This document shows, piece after piece, positions 1 through 10,700 of a DNA stretch of 43,735 nucleotides (the stretch's first letter is position 1; every line of letters begins with the position of its first letter). The position numbers and the translations under genes were made by a program. The notes under the pieces were generated by a model. That model searched no databases and was not told the origin of the DNA. It worked only from the letters and a program-made list of their open reading frames with translations. Source of the DNA: Chiloscyllium plagiosum. Taxonomy: Eukaryota. The DNA lies in contig NC_057718.1 of NCBI RefSeq assembly GCF_004010195.1, positions 36,388,390-36,432,124 on the forward strand, written 5' to 3'.

Positions 1-298
1 GTTGACTGTGAGAACCTTTTTCCACGTATGGAGTCAGCTATTATGAGGGGGCATAGGGTAGGTATAGGACAGATGTTAGGGGTAGATTCTTTACTCAGCG
101 AGTCGTGAGTTCATGGAATGCCCTGCCAGTAGCAGTGGTGGACTCTCCCTCTTTATGGGCATTTAAACGGGCATTGGATAGGCATATGGAGGATAGTGGG
201 CTAGTGTAGGTTAGGTGGGCTTGGATCGGCGCAACATCGAGGGCCAAAGGGCCTGTACTGTGCTGTATTTTTCTATGTTCTATGTTCTATATTCTATA
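1..298 (+). mobile_element. CR1-clade LINE 3' end (truncated by window edge)
   Basis: ORF2 C-terminal-like 'RFFTQRVVSSWNALP', then 3' stem 'gggccaaagggcctgtactgtgctgta' and (TTCTATG)n tail. Confidence 0.85.
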
Positions 299-814
299 AT
301 TGAAGGTACATCTTTCATTTGCAAGATGTGAAACTTATTGTACAAATGTAAAACAAAAGTAGGAGGTACAAATTTATTCACACTTGACTGGCTTCAGTCT
401 CTTTTGATGAAATTATTAATTTCACTTCACTTCACTTCAATTGTTCCACAGTGATTCCTAGAACTTGGCTCTACTTTGACCAGGTGATCACTGCAGCCAT
501 TTTTAAGTCATTGCCTTTACTTCTATAAACCATTTCAGTCCATGAAAATCCTAGGTATTAAAATTAGATGTTGAAAATCAAAAACTGATAGATTATACTT
601 CAGTACTACTGCAACAGATGACCAATCGTGGAACAGGAAGAAACCAGCAATTGTGTACTGTCTCGGAAGAAGTTAACAATAAAATAAAAGACATGATGAA
701 GAGAGTATCACAACTAGAAACAAATGAATTATTTATGTAATTTATCACGAGCATCACATGTTGTAGCCCTAATGCACAACATTTTCATGGATCGGGTCAT
801 TTTAAGCTAGCACA

Positions 815-935
815 TCGGGCTGGAAATTAATGGAGTCTGATCAGATACCTGTTTATACCCTATCACAACATTTCATTTAAATCAATGGAATGAAGCATGA
901 AATAGGCACCTGTCTGAACCCATTAGCTCCCCACC
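815..935. repeat. Degenerate palindromic MITE-like relic
   Basis: 'taatggagtctgatcagatacctgttt' is loosely reverse-complementary to 'aataggcacctgtctgaacccattag' around a central 'ttcatt..aatgga'. Confidence 0.3.
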
Positions 936-1069
936 AGGCAGGTTATGTAAATATTAGTTTCTGAGAAACAGCTATGAGTTTTCTTCCTGTTAGGAGCTTC
1001 CTTATTATCTGCAGACTATGCAATTTAGAGATTGAAGTCTGCCAAGCATTCACTATGTAATAACTTGAC

Positions 1070-1209
1070 CTCCAGCATTTGGATCTAAAAGGGTTAGAAC
1101 CAGAAAGTAAACTAAAACAGCAGCTGCAATAAGGTTTGTCAATAGAGACATGCTGAGGTGGTTTAAGTGGTTTCAGCACTTTTCTCCTGCGCTGAGAGGA
1201 TGCAGTACA
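1070..1209 (-). CDS. Candidate host exon: 5'UTR plus signal-peptide-like coding start (ATG 1151; MSLLTNLIAAAVLVYFLVLTLLDPNAG, phase-1 donor)
   Basis: Acceptor ttgttttccag at 1210-1220, A at -3 of the ATG, in-frame upstream stop, hydrophobic core, 82 coding nt to a weak donor G|gtcaag. Sequence is non-repetitive. Confidence 0.3.
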
Positions 1210-2019
1210 CTGGAAAACAAGCTCCGATTTTAGGAGGTTTCCAACTGAGGAAGGCTGTCAACCTTATTTATTCTAAATGATGTAGAAGTGACTGTGTTGT
1301 TTGTTGCTGATATTAATGAAAGAAACATTCAGAGACAGTGAGTGTTAGAAATTACTACAAGTGCTAACAGCTATTTTGTTGCGATCAGATTGAAAACATC
1401 ATTGGTTGGCAAATGTTCTACTAATGTATATCCCTCACATACTATAACAGGTGTCTCCCTGCTGAGCTTTTAACAAAGCATGAACTGTGAACCTATTTTC
1501 AGTTTATTGAAGCCTCACTTAGTTAATGTGATGAAAGCAATCCAAATGGAAACAAAGCAAGGGTGACATTTTCAATTTCAGTTCAACAAGGTTCAGGAGA
1601 TTTCAAATCTGGGAGGCAGCATTTATGACAGATACTTGTGCCATTCTTATTTCTGAAATAGTAAAAAATCTTTGGTGTTTTGTTCATGATTGATGTCTGA
1701 GTTAAAATCATTTTCAGAATTATCACTCAGATGTAATGTAAGCTTTGCTTCCATGCGGTCTGATCTACTTGCTTACTTAGTAAAACTCATTTTACACTAA
1801 TAATGTGACAGGGTTTATCATCACTGAAACACAACATAGATATATGTACAATTTTGCAAAACCCGTCTTTCCCTCTAATATCCTGAGCACCTTCACAGTT
1901 CTTAAATGTCTTTGCCCACATGCTAATTTAAAATCGGTTTTGAGAGCGCAAACTGGTAAAAACCTTATACCATCCTAATTACAGCTGGTTGAACTGTCTG
2001 TTCTCCTTGCTTCCCTCAC

Positions 2020-2588
2020 AATCCAAGATGGCGGCTCATGCAGCAGGTCCAACTGCATTCTTGCAGGTTCAGCATTGTTTTTCCAGCTCAACAACTTTTT
2101 CTTTGGTTTGGATAGCCCGGTGGCTTCCTCCTGATGTCCTCCTGTGGGAGGCCAAGGCCCCATGTATCTCGGTTCCTGCTCCATCTTGGGTGGCAGCATT
2201 GGAAGACAGTTCAGGACTCCTTAGACTGGCTCAGAGCCAGGACCTGTCAGTCAATGTCTAACATCGGGATAGGGGAGGGACCAGCATAGCGTGACCATCT
2301 CCAGCTCGGATTTGGTGGACGCGGAAGCGACAGTGGCAGCAGAAAAGGAGCACTTTGCTAGGACCCCGCGGATATTGTCGGACAGCGGCGATTGGGGGAA
2401 AAGAAAGGTGAAGTCTATGGAGAGGGAAAGATGAACTTCTGAAGCTGTTTCAGTTTTACTAATATCAATTTAACATTAATGTATTCATTATTTTACCATT
2501 TGTACAATTTATTCAATAATTTATCCAGTAATCCAAGATGGCATCAAACATGGGAACATCATACACATTCCACTGTACTTAGATACAC
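2020..2588 (+). mobile_element. GC-richer non-autonomous retroelement-like repeat with two YY1-like AAGATGGC motifs
   Basis: 13-bp direct repeat aatccaagatggc at 2020-2032 and 2530-2542. The end 'ttccactgtacttagatacac' resembles the LINE-type tail at ~19795-19850. Confidence 0.4.
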
Positions 2589-2589
2589 G

Positions 2590-2936
2590 GTTTTGTTATT
2601 CATTTATGGGATGAGGGCATCACTGACTAGGCAGCATTTATTGCCCATCCCTAATTGCTGAAAGGGCAGTTAATAGTCAACCATATTGCTGTGGGTCTGG
2701 AGTCACATGTAGGCCAGACGAGGTACGGACTGCAGTTTCCTTCCCTGAAAGACATTAGTGAACCAGATGGGTTTTTCCAACAATCCAACAATCGACATGG
2801 TCATCATTAGACTCTTAATTCCAGATTGGTTTTTGTTGCATTCAAATTCCACCAAGCCATAGCGATATTCGAACCCGGAACATTACCTGAGTCTCTGGAT
2901 TAACAGTCCAACGATAATACCACTAGGTTATCGCCA
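2590..2936 (-). mobile_element. tRNA-derived SINE (family A in this window)
   Basis: Minus-strand head with A-box-like 'cctagtggt' and B-box 'ggttcgaat'. 3' tail 'caattagggatgggcaataaatgctg..gccctcatccca..tgaataa' is shared with LINE fragments at 9.8 and 25 kb. Confidence 0.85.
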
Positions 2937-3113
2937 ATCATCCTAACATGAATCGGAGGACAACCTGTAGAACAACCATTTATTCTAGTTGGACAAATCG
3001 CATCCATTACATACTTCCTACTATTCCTAATCATCATACCATTTACAAGCTGATGAGAAAACAAAACCCTCAGCTTAAACTACTTCTGGTAGCTTAAATC
3101 AAAGCATCAGCCT

Positions 3114-4329
3114 TGTAAGCCAAAGATTGGAGGTTTAAACCCTCCCCAAAACATCAGAGGAAGGAGAATTAAACTCCAGCCCTTGACTCCCAAAGCCAAG
3201 ATTCTGCCCAAACTGCCCTCTGGGCATCACCAAAATTATGCGAAAGCATAATTTTATGTTTGCTCCAATGACATTTAAGTGAAATGGCCTACATTCCCTA
3301 ATATACTACAAAATAGCTAACTTTTCATATTAACTATAATAGAATTTCCAAAAGTATGTTACATATTATGAATAATCCTCATTAATTCTTAATATACCTT
3401 ACAATTATATATGATGCTTAATACTCATTAATTTATTTACCACTATATCATTATATTATATGATTAATCCAAATCAAAATCAAGGTTTCTGCTTCTTGGT
3501 CTTGATGTTCTCTGGACTGGAGTGAGACTCCTCAGGTTTTAGTAGCTTCTTTTAACTAGTTATCCGGGTCATTTCCAAGTATACTGGCCAAGCAGCAGGT
3601 TGACGTAACAATGTAATCAGCATAATTTAGTTATTCAATGTAAATTGAGCTTCTGTCTCAGGAAGTGTGTTATAAAAGACAGTATTGAGTACTATGATTG
3701 TCCTTGTTGATTGAGCCAACTCTAAGAGCTGAGCTGTCTCAAAAACAAGAGAAAGTGAGGACTGCAGATGCTGGAGACTCAGAGTGGAAAAGGGTGGAAC
3801 TGGAAAAGCACAGCAAATCAGGCAGCATTCAAGGAACAGGACAGTTACGTTTTGGGCATAAGCCCTTTCATTCCTGACTAAGGTCTTATGCCTGAAACGT
3901 CGACTCTCCTGCTCCTCGGATGCTGCTTGACCTGCTGTGCTTTTCCAGCACCACCCTTTTCGAATCTGTCTCAAATTCAGTTCTATTGAAACTCAGGTCT
4001 GTTGTTCCACCCGAAATCTTACGCATTGTCTCATCACCAATCCATTCAATAATCAATCAAGGTTGAATGGTTTGTATGTATATCTGGCTTGATTCATTTT
4101 GACCTTGAATGCTGCAAGTTTCCTGGCTGAATGTCTCAGTTCCACTGTCTCATTAGCACTCATTCAATACGATCAAGCAAGACAACCAATTTGCATATCT
4201 GTCTATCCAGTTCCCAGCATGCTTTTCAGTTGGCCAGTTTTCCAAGCATGACATTCAGATGTCCAATGTGGCTTTCAGTGTCCCAAAAGAGCTATTCTTT
4301 TATTTAAGAAAGACATTCTGCTACCTACA
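3114..4329 (-). repeat. Putative 3' LTR of the ERV (interrupted by a Penelope-derived hairpin)
   Basis: Begins TGTAGG directly after the PPT. Candidate end CTTACA at 3114 (5/6 inverted match); AATAAA on minus strand near 3432-3437. Distal boundary is uncertain. Confidence 0.5.
3744..3965. mobile_element. Palindromic Penelope-derived non-autonomous element
   Basis: Two inverted arms (ctggaaaagcacagca..ggcagcat / atgctgc..ctgctgtgcttttccag). 10-bp TSD ctgtctcaaa at 3734-3743 and 3966-3975. Confidence 0.85.
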
Positions 4330-4342
4330 TCTCCTCCCTTTC
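4330..4342 (-). promoter_or_regulatory. Polypurine tract (PPT)
   Basis: Minus strand GAAAGGGAGGAGA immediately followed by TGTA, downstream of the env TM region. Confidence 0.7.
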
Positions 4343-4559
4343 AAACCAGCAGCATGAGGTATATACACTTGAGAAGTTGAAACTCAATACATTAAAAAAC
4401 AAAAAAAACTGTTGCATCAAAAAGATTATGTAAAAAGTTATTAAAATAAAGGTTACATCATAAGAGCAAATCCACAACCCAAGCAACTCGTTGCAGAACA
4501 CATAGTTCACCTTATACCTACAATACACATCATCAGTTGCAATAACTAACATCTCTTGG

Positions 4560-6200
4560 GAGTTTCTTCATCCTACCTATCTCTATGGACTGTTTATTTT
4601 GCATGATGATGCCTATTAAGCTGGAGAGCTCCCTTTTCTACCAGAAAAACCTAACTGATAGTATAGTGAGATATACTAGGGTCAGTATAATGATGATGAC
4701 TGCCAAGTGTGAAAGGAGATCCATAGAGGTATATTCAAGTTTCAATCCCAGAAGTCCTCCCACTAAGTGGTCTTTTTTAATTTCAACTTTCTCACCCTTC
4801 AGTTCTTTAGTGTATTGGACTATTCAAATCAAGATTTTATGGATGCTAGCCGGTTGTAATCAGATCCAATCTTTCCAGCAGGAGTCTTACTTCTGTGTCG
4901 TATTTTTCAATATAATTCCCAAGCGTATCCTTTCATTCATCACTCACATCAATGAGAGTGACTTCCCTTCTGTGAGATTCAGTCAGTTCAATTCAATCTA
5001 TTCATGCGATGATGTGAGGACCGATACAGAAGGTGACATTGGGAACATTAAACTGTCCCATACTGGTTTACCTTAAGTGATGCTGAATCACAGTATTTAC
5101 CCTCCCCCGTAGACAAATCTGATGATGTCGGTTGTCAGGCTCAAAACCTCGAAGATACAGCTTGTCTTGAATTCACAGAGTGCATGTTCATTCGAATAGA
5201 CTGGATATGGTTGATCCGTTTGTTCACAGTTGTTCTGAGTAGTCCCCACCAGTCTCCACCACTTCTCTACTATATATTATAGAATGTCATGATACCCCTT
5301 CCATATTCCATTCTGTATAATACCCACATTCTCAAAGGCAAAAGTTTTTCAGCTGATCTTATGGCTGGAGATGATTGGGTTTTCAACACCAAGCCTAAGA
5401 CTTCACCTAGGGTGCCTTTGCAGCTTTTGTTAAACAACACCTTGGTCAGCGCTCTCAGTTGGCAGTAGGAGGTGCCAACATGTATTTTTTTCTCTTGAAA
5501 CAGATGTTCCAGCTGTTCCTCACTGAGCCAGCAATGGGATTTTCCCCTGAATGGCCTGGCTGAGATCCTCTCTCAGATGCTCAATCATTCACTTCCCATA
5601 GATGCTGCACAGGCCAAGGTTTTGCTGTTTACTCTCATCCATGATCTTGCCCTGAATGACTTACTGTTAGCTTTTGCATGGCCTTTGTGTATGGTCACTA
5701 GGTGGTGACTAGTTTGGTTCCCAGTCAAATCTCTCTCTGCACCCTGCCAGTCATTCTCACTTATTTCCTCCAAGGTTAGTTTAACCTGTAAGGTTGGTAT
5801 GAGCTTGGTATCCGGATCAGCCAAATTGAAGATATTAACAGTCAACATTCATACATAAGCAGTAGCTAGGTCATTCACCAGGTCTCATTTGCTACGAATA
5901 CTCGGGGCTGTTCTAGGCTTGCCTTTGTACTCCCCCCTCCTAGTTCCCAACCTAGAGCTCTTCAAGGCAGGTGCAGGTATAACCTCTTCACTGTTCCTGT
6001 AGTTGAATTCCTCTTATATCTACTGTCACAGGCATCAACTTGTGATGGATGTTGTCAAATAGCATCTTGCATTTGGGTTTTAATACAAGTCCATTCCATG
6101 GACCAGGGGTGATGTCAGGACAAGCTGAGAGGTGGGGGGGGGGTCTCACTGCCCATTTTGGTCTGTTTTTAATCTCACGTTCTAAGACCTTTCCCTGATT
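4560..6200 (-). pseudogene. env: Decayed env (class I fusion glycoprotein) with stops and frameshifts
   Basis: GLVLKPKCKMLFDNIHHKLMPVTVDI; furin site RSK[R>TGA] at 5896-5885 then DLVNDLATAY; HLREDLSQAIQGKIP.WLSEEQL; Cys-rich block; *WEDFWD*NLNIPLWI; TM LSHLAVIIIILTLVYLTILSV (~4714-4652). Confidence 0.7.
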
Positions 6201-7189
6201 TGGCTTTCTTGGACACCAATGTCCTGTTTCTAAACCCTTCTCTGAGCTGTGGGCTCTGTACATCCATTTGTAGAAAATCCTCACCAATCCTCTGTAATCC
6301 TTATGTTCATGTAACAAAGGGTGGAACTCTCAGTGGGTTTCCTGTAACAGTGAGCTGGTTATCACAACCGAAAGTGACCGTGTCTGCCAGGTGAATCCAC
6401 AGAATCCCACCCCCCCATACCTCGCATTGGGTGGATCAAACCACAGACACCATGGATACTTGGGCTTCCCATGTGACTATGCAATACCACAGCTATACGT
6501 ACACCACTAACTATATGGGTGTAGGAGAATATGTTGAATGCAGTCTGTCTCATCCCTTGCAAATTTCCTTGAGGTGGGCTACCTGAAAAAAAACATAGTT
6601 TCTGTGAGTATCAAGACTTAATCTTTGATCTTCTTGTCATTGAAGTTTCAAATCCCATTAAGTTTCAGAATCAGAATACCATCGCTACATGTCACTTTAA
6701 TATTCAAATCAGTGCCATCACTTCACGGGTCTCGTGTTTTCTTTTGGACGATAAGTGAACTGCCAATGAAGTGGGCTAGTTTGATATCAGTGCCCACTTC
6801 CCTACTTTACCCCCCTTAGTACCTCGATCTTGGGGTCGCTAATGTTCCGTCTGATTAAACTTTCAATCCATCTCATTTCACTTTTTGCCATTAACAGATG
6901 GCGTGTGAAATCCATTGCTCGGATTACATTGTTGTGGATCATCATTAGGGCTGTTCGTATTACCTGATCTCATTTATGGCTATGCTGCTGCACTAGTTTC
7001 TTTGTGGTCTCTTTGAGCATCCAATTCATACAATCCACAATACCGCTACACTGTGGTGGGTAAGCAATATGAAATGTCTACTGTACACCCAGCAGGGTCA
7101 TCGCACCGTGCATTATGTGTGTTGTAAAATGACTTCCCCAACTGAATCTAGGGAGCAAAATTGCTTCCATTGGCTGAGTATTCATTGGA

Positions 7190-7809
7190 GCTGGAAAAGC
7201 GCAGCAGGTCAGGCAGCATCCAAGGAACAGGAGAATTGACGTTTTGGGCATAAGCCCTTCTTCAGGAATGTGGAAAGTGTGTCCAGCAAGCTAAGATAAA
7301 AGGTAGGGAGGAGGGACTTGGGGGAGGGGCATTGGAAATCCGATAGGTGGAAGGAAGTCATGGTGAGGGTGATAGGCCGGAGTGGGGTGGGGCGGAGAGG
7401 TCAGGAAGAAGATTGCAGGTTAGGAAGGCGGTGCTGAGTTCGAGGGATTTGACTGAGACAAGGTGGGGGGAGGGGAAATGAGGAAACTGGAGAAATCTGA
7501 GTTCATCCCTTGTGGTTGGAGGGTCCCCAGGCAGAAGATGAGGCGCTCTTCCTCCAACCATCGTGTTGCCATGGTCTGGCGATGGAGGAGTCCAAGGACC
7601 TGCATGCCCTTGGTGGAGTGAGAGGGGGAGATGAAGTGTTGAGCCACGGGGTGGTTGGATTGGTTGGTCCGGGTGTCCCAGAGGCGCTCTCTGAAACGTT
7701 CCGCAAGTAGGCAGCCTGTCTCCCCAATATAGAGGAGGCCACATCGAGTGCAGCGGATGCAATAAATGATATGTGTGGAGGTGCAGGTGAATCTGTGGCG
7801 GATATGGAA
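7190..7809 (-). mobile_element. Penelope-like element 3' part (GIY-YIG endonuclease C-terminus plus pLTR)
   Basis: ORF 7420-7647 'AQHFISPSHS..MQVLGLL..RWLEEERLIFCLGTLQPQGMN'; upstream 'LLYIGETG' GIY-YIG motif. Confidence 0.85.
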
Positions 7810-8032
7810 GTAGCAATTCTTTATAAATGCTGCATAAGTTCTCTGTTACAGCTACCTGACACAATGCTCATCTGCTGTTCCTTCAGCTTACTATTGCATT
7901 GCTTAAAGCCTTTAGGCTTGCAAATTGATAACTTCCGAACCCTACCCTCAGCGCAGCAACCTTTCGTACATTTGAGTTGTACTCAATGTCAAGTGGTATG
8001 TGATAGTTTAGATGCAATCAAGCCGATATGTA

Positions 8033-8271
8033 GTTAGAACTTAGAAAATAGAACATTACAGTGCAGTACAGGTCCTCCGGCCCTGGCTATTGTGCCAACC
8101 TGTGAAATTAATCTGATGCCTATCTGAGCTACACTGTACCTTTATTATCTATATGTATGCTCAATGTCCATTTAAATGTCCTAATGTCATCAAGTCTACT
8201 ACTGTTGTAGGCAAGCCATTCCACACCCCTGCTACTTTGAGTAAAGAAACTACCTCTGACATCTGTCCTAT
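8033..8271 (-). mobile_element. CR1 LINE 3' end, same family as 1-298
   Basis: 'RTDVRGSFFTQ' matches 1-298; TTCTA-type tail. Confidence 0.8.
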
Positions 8272-8272
8272 A

Positions 8273-8554
8273 AACCTGCAATCTTCTTCCTGACCTCTCC
8301 GCCCCCACCCCACTCCGGCCTATCACCCTCACCTTGACCTCCTTCCACTTATCGCATTTCTAACGCCCCTTCCCCAAGTCCCTCCTCCCTACCTTTTATC
8401 TTAGTCTACTGGTCACACTTTCCTAATTCCTGAAGAAAGGCTTATGCCCGAAACGTCGATTCCCCTGTTCCTTGGATGCTGCCTGACCTGCTGTGCTTTT
8501 CCACAACACATTTTCAGCTCTGATCTCCAGCATCTGCAGTCCTCACTTTCTCCT
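8273..8554 (+). mobile_element. Penelope-like pLTR, inverted relative to 7190-7420
   Basis: Reverse complement of 7190-7420, extended to 'catctgcagtcctcactttctcc', followed by the TSD. Confidence 0.85.
8430..8457 (+). ncRNA. Minimal type I hammerhead ribozyme motif within Penelope pLTR
   Basis: CTGAAGA-aAGGC-TTAT-GCCC-GAAA-CGTC: CUGANGA and GAAA cores, stem II hairpin, palindromic ACGU stem III, GUC cleavage triplet. Confidence 0.6.
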
Positions 8555-9587
8555 TGAGTATTCATTGGAACAGGATCTCCGCTGTTGCACCAGGAATTTT
8601 TCCATCCATTTAATAAAGACATCTACCATAACTAGGATGAGTCCCCCCCTTAGCAGGGGATAAGGGTCCAATATAGTCCATCTGAAGAATAGTTCAGGGC
8701 CCCTCTCCCAGCCCAACTCTGCTTTACTATGTTTTAGTCAGGGTTGTTCTGGGCACAGATCAGACAGGCTATGACATAGTGCTTCACATCCTTTTCCTAG
8801 TTTTGGCACCACATGGAGGTTTGGAGCCTTTCCTTAGTTTGTGGTATCTCCAGGTGGCCATATAAATCACGACATGCCTGCAACAGGTTGTTCATGTCTT
8901 CCCCAGCCACCACATATTTTCCTTAAAGAGACAATCCACCACCTACAATAACATTTTTCACAACTAAAAGGAAAATTATCCCCCAGTCAATATGGTGGCA
9001 GCAATGAGAGGATAACAAATACATATTTGTACCCTTATCTTTCTAAGTCATTTCTAATTTGTAAGGAATGCATAGTACTGGTTCAGGGAAACCCTCCACA
9101 TCATATTCTTTCTTTGACTGCAACCGAACACCACAGAGAATCAAAAGTGCTTTTTCTCATTGCTACATGGCTGTACTTGTTATTTTTCCTCTCCTCTTGG
9201 ATTTATGTTTTACACTATTTGATTTTTTTCATTTTTTGAACATTCTATAATGTTTTAAGTAGAGACTGCGAATTAGTAGGAAAAACTTGGCTGGTTGTTC
9301 CCTTTCAAAATTTAAGTAGTGCAGCACAAATTTGTTGGATATTTCACAACCCCACACATGCTGGAGTTTTAGGCACATTTTTACAATTCAGTGAAATTTA
9401 AAGAAAATCCTCATTACTCCTTCAGTCATATTTTCATTCAGTGATGTTACCCATTGAATTGTTTCAGTTTAGGAGTTAAAATAATGATCTTGATCATAAT
9501 TTAACTTTGTTGTGGATTGCCATTAGTCCTGATTGTGGTCTCGTTATGGATATATGGACAATCAACTGGAATCTGTGTTTTTAGGAA

Positions 9588-9842
9588 CAACAACACTCAA
9601 GAAGCTTGACACCTTTCAGGAAGCCCATTTGATTGCCATCAGATCCCCAAATATTCCCTCCGTTCACCATTGACGCAGGAGCAACAGTATGCATCCTCTA
9701 CAACTTTCACTGAAAAGAATTCATCCAGGCTCCTTCGGCAGCATCATTCAAACCATCAAAGTGTACCTGCTCAAGGGCAATTAGGAGTGGACAATACATG
9801 CTGGCCCAGCCCGCAATGCTCACATCCCCTCAGTGAATAAGA
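9588..9842 (+). mobile_element. Old CR1/L2-group LINE 3' fragment (tail donor of SINE family A)
   Basis: 'TLKKLDTFQ' and tail 'caagggcaattagg..caatacatgctggcccagc..gctcacatccc..tgaataa'. Confidence 0.65.
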
Positions 9843-10399
9843 AGTGCCCAGTAATTAAACAATTGTACCATCGGAAAACACAACACAGAATAATAAATTA
9901 TGGACATTTGCGATAAGTTTCTCATCCAGCAAATTTTAAGAGTTTACTTTCATACATCTGGAACATTGCCAACACGATATTGTCAATGGAACTGTCTCAA
10001 CACGTCAATCAATTGTTAGAAAAAGTATGACTGCTACCTCTCACTGGTAGTGAAATATAAATGTTTGCTCTTCAGGTAATACTTTTTTTGTGGCAAACTA
10101 AAAGCAATCGCATAGACATTTCTATTAAAGTTGGGTGAATCTGCTGTTCATTGGGTAAAAATATACAAGACTGATTACATATTGAGCAGTTTAAGCTCTT
10201 AAGTAAATGTGCTACCATAAGACACTGCTGCATTGATCTTGATAGACTTCACCTTATGCTTATTATATATTTCTTTAGCTTTGTCTTCATAAGCATCTTG
10301 TATTAACAATGATGGCTGACCACTTGTCCCATCACCTCCATGAATATAAGCTTACCCAAGGTTTTGCTAGCCTCTTTTCGAGTTCAGATTAGATTCCCT

Positions 10400-10700
10400 T
10401 AATTCACCGCCCATGTGCTTATTGATCTACATTGGCTCCTTACCCAGCAGCACCCTGATTTTGTGATTCTTATCCTTGATGTCAAATCTTCCACGATTTG
10501 CCTCATCCCCAACTCTCGATCTTCTTCTAGTGCTACAGCTTTCCAAGATTTCCGAGCTCTCTAATGTAAGTTTCATACACACCCCTAATTTTATTTACTT
10601 CAGCTTTGGCACCTTCAGCTATATGGGCCCTAAGTTGTGGAATAGGATCCATTTTTTTTGTGGGGGGCTTCGCTTGAGATTTTCTTGAAGATCATTCTTT
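10400..10700 (+). mobile_element. L2 LINE ORF2 C-terminal fragment
   Basis: 'LIDLHWLL...DFVILIL..KS' resembles the L2 LHWLP..FKIL motif; later 'FSYMGPKLWN'. Confidence 0.6.

Larger units (their letters stand above)
6880..8930 (-). pseudogene. pol: Retroviral-type integrase, split by the 7190-8554 insertion
   Basis: GH...CLICAQNNP zinc finger and LQMDYIGPL..LVMVDVFIKW (8560-8930); GSHFT...FHIAYPPQCSGIVDCMNWMLK (6880-7175). Confidence 0.85.
3114..8945 (-). mobile_element. 5'-truncated env-bearing endogenous retrovirus-like element (IN-env-PPT-3'LTR), lokiretrovirus-like
   Basis: Integrase motifs, env with furin site/TM, PPT and TG-initiated LTR in the correct order on the minus strand. gag, PR and RT are not seen. 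Confidence 0.75.

Noticed and set aside
943..1179. 78-aa ORF with 'FSLLSGSNPFRSKC' reminiscent of ion-channel pre-S1 segments
   Set aside because: Match is too short and no other channel exons are seen; the alternative frame gives a better signal-peptide reading.
4585..5076. 163-aa plus-strand ORF
   Set aside because: Antisense to the decayed env; no recognisable domain.
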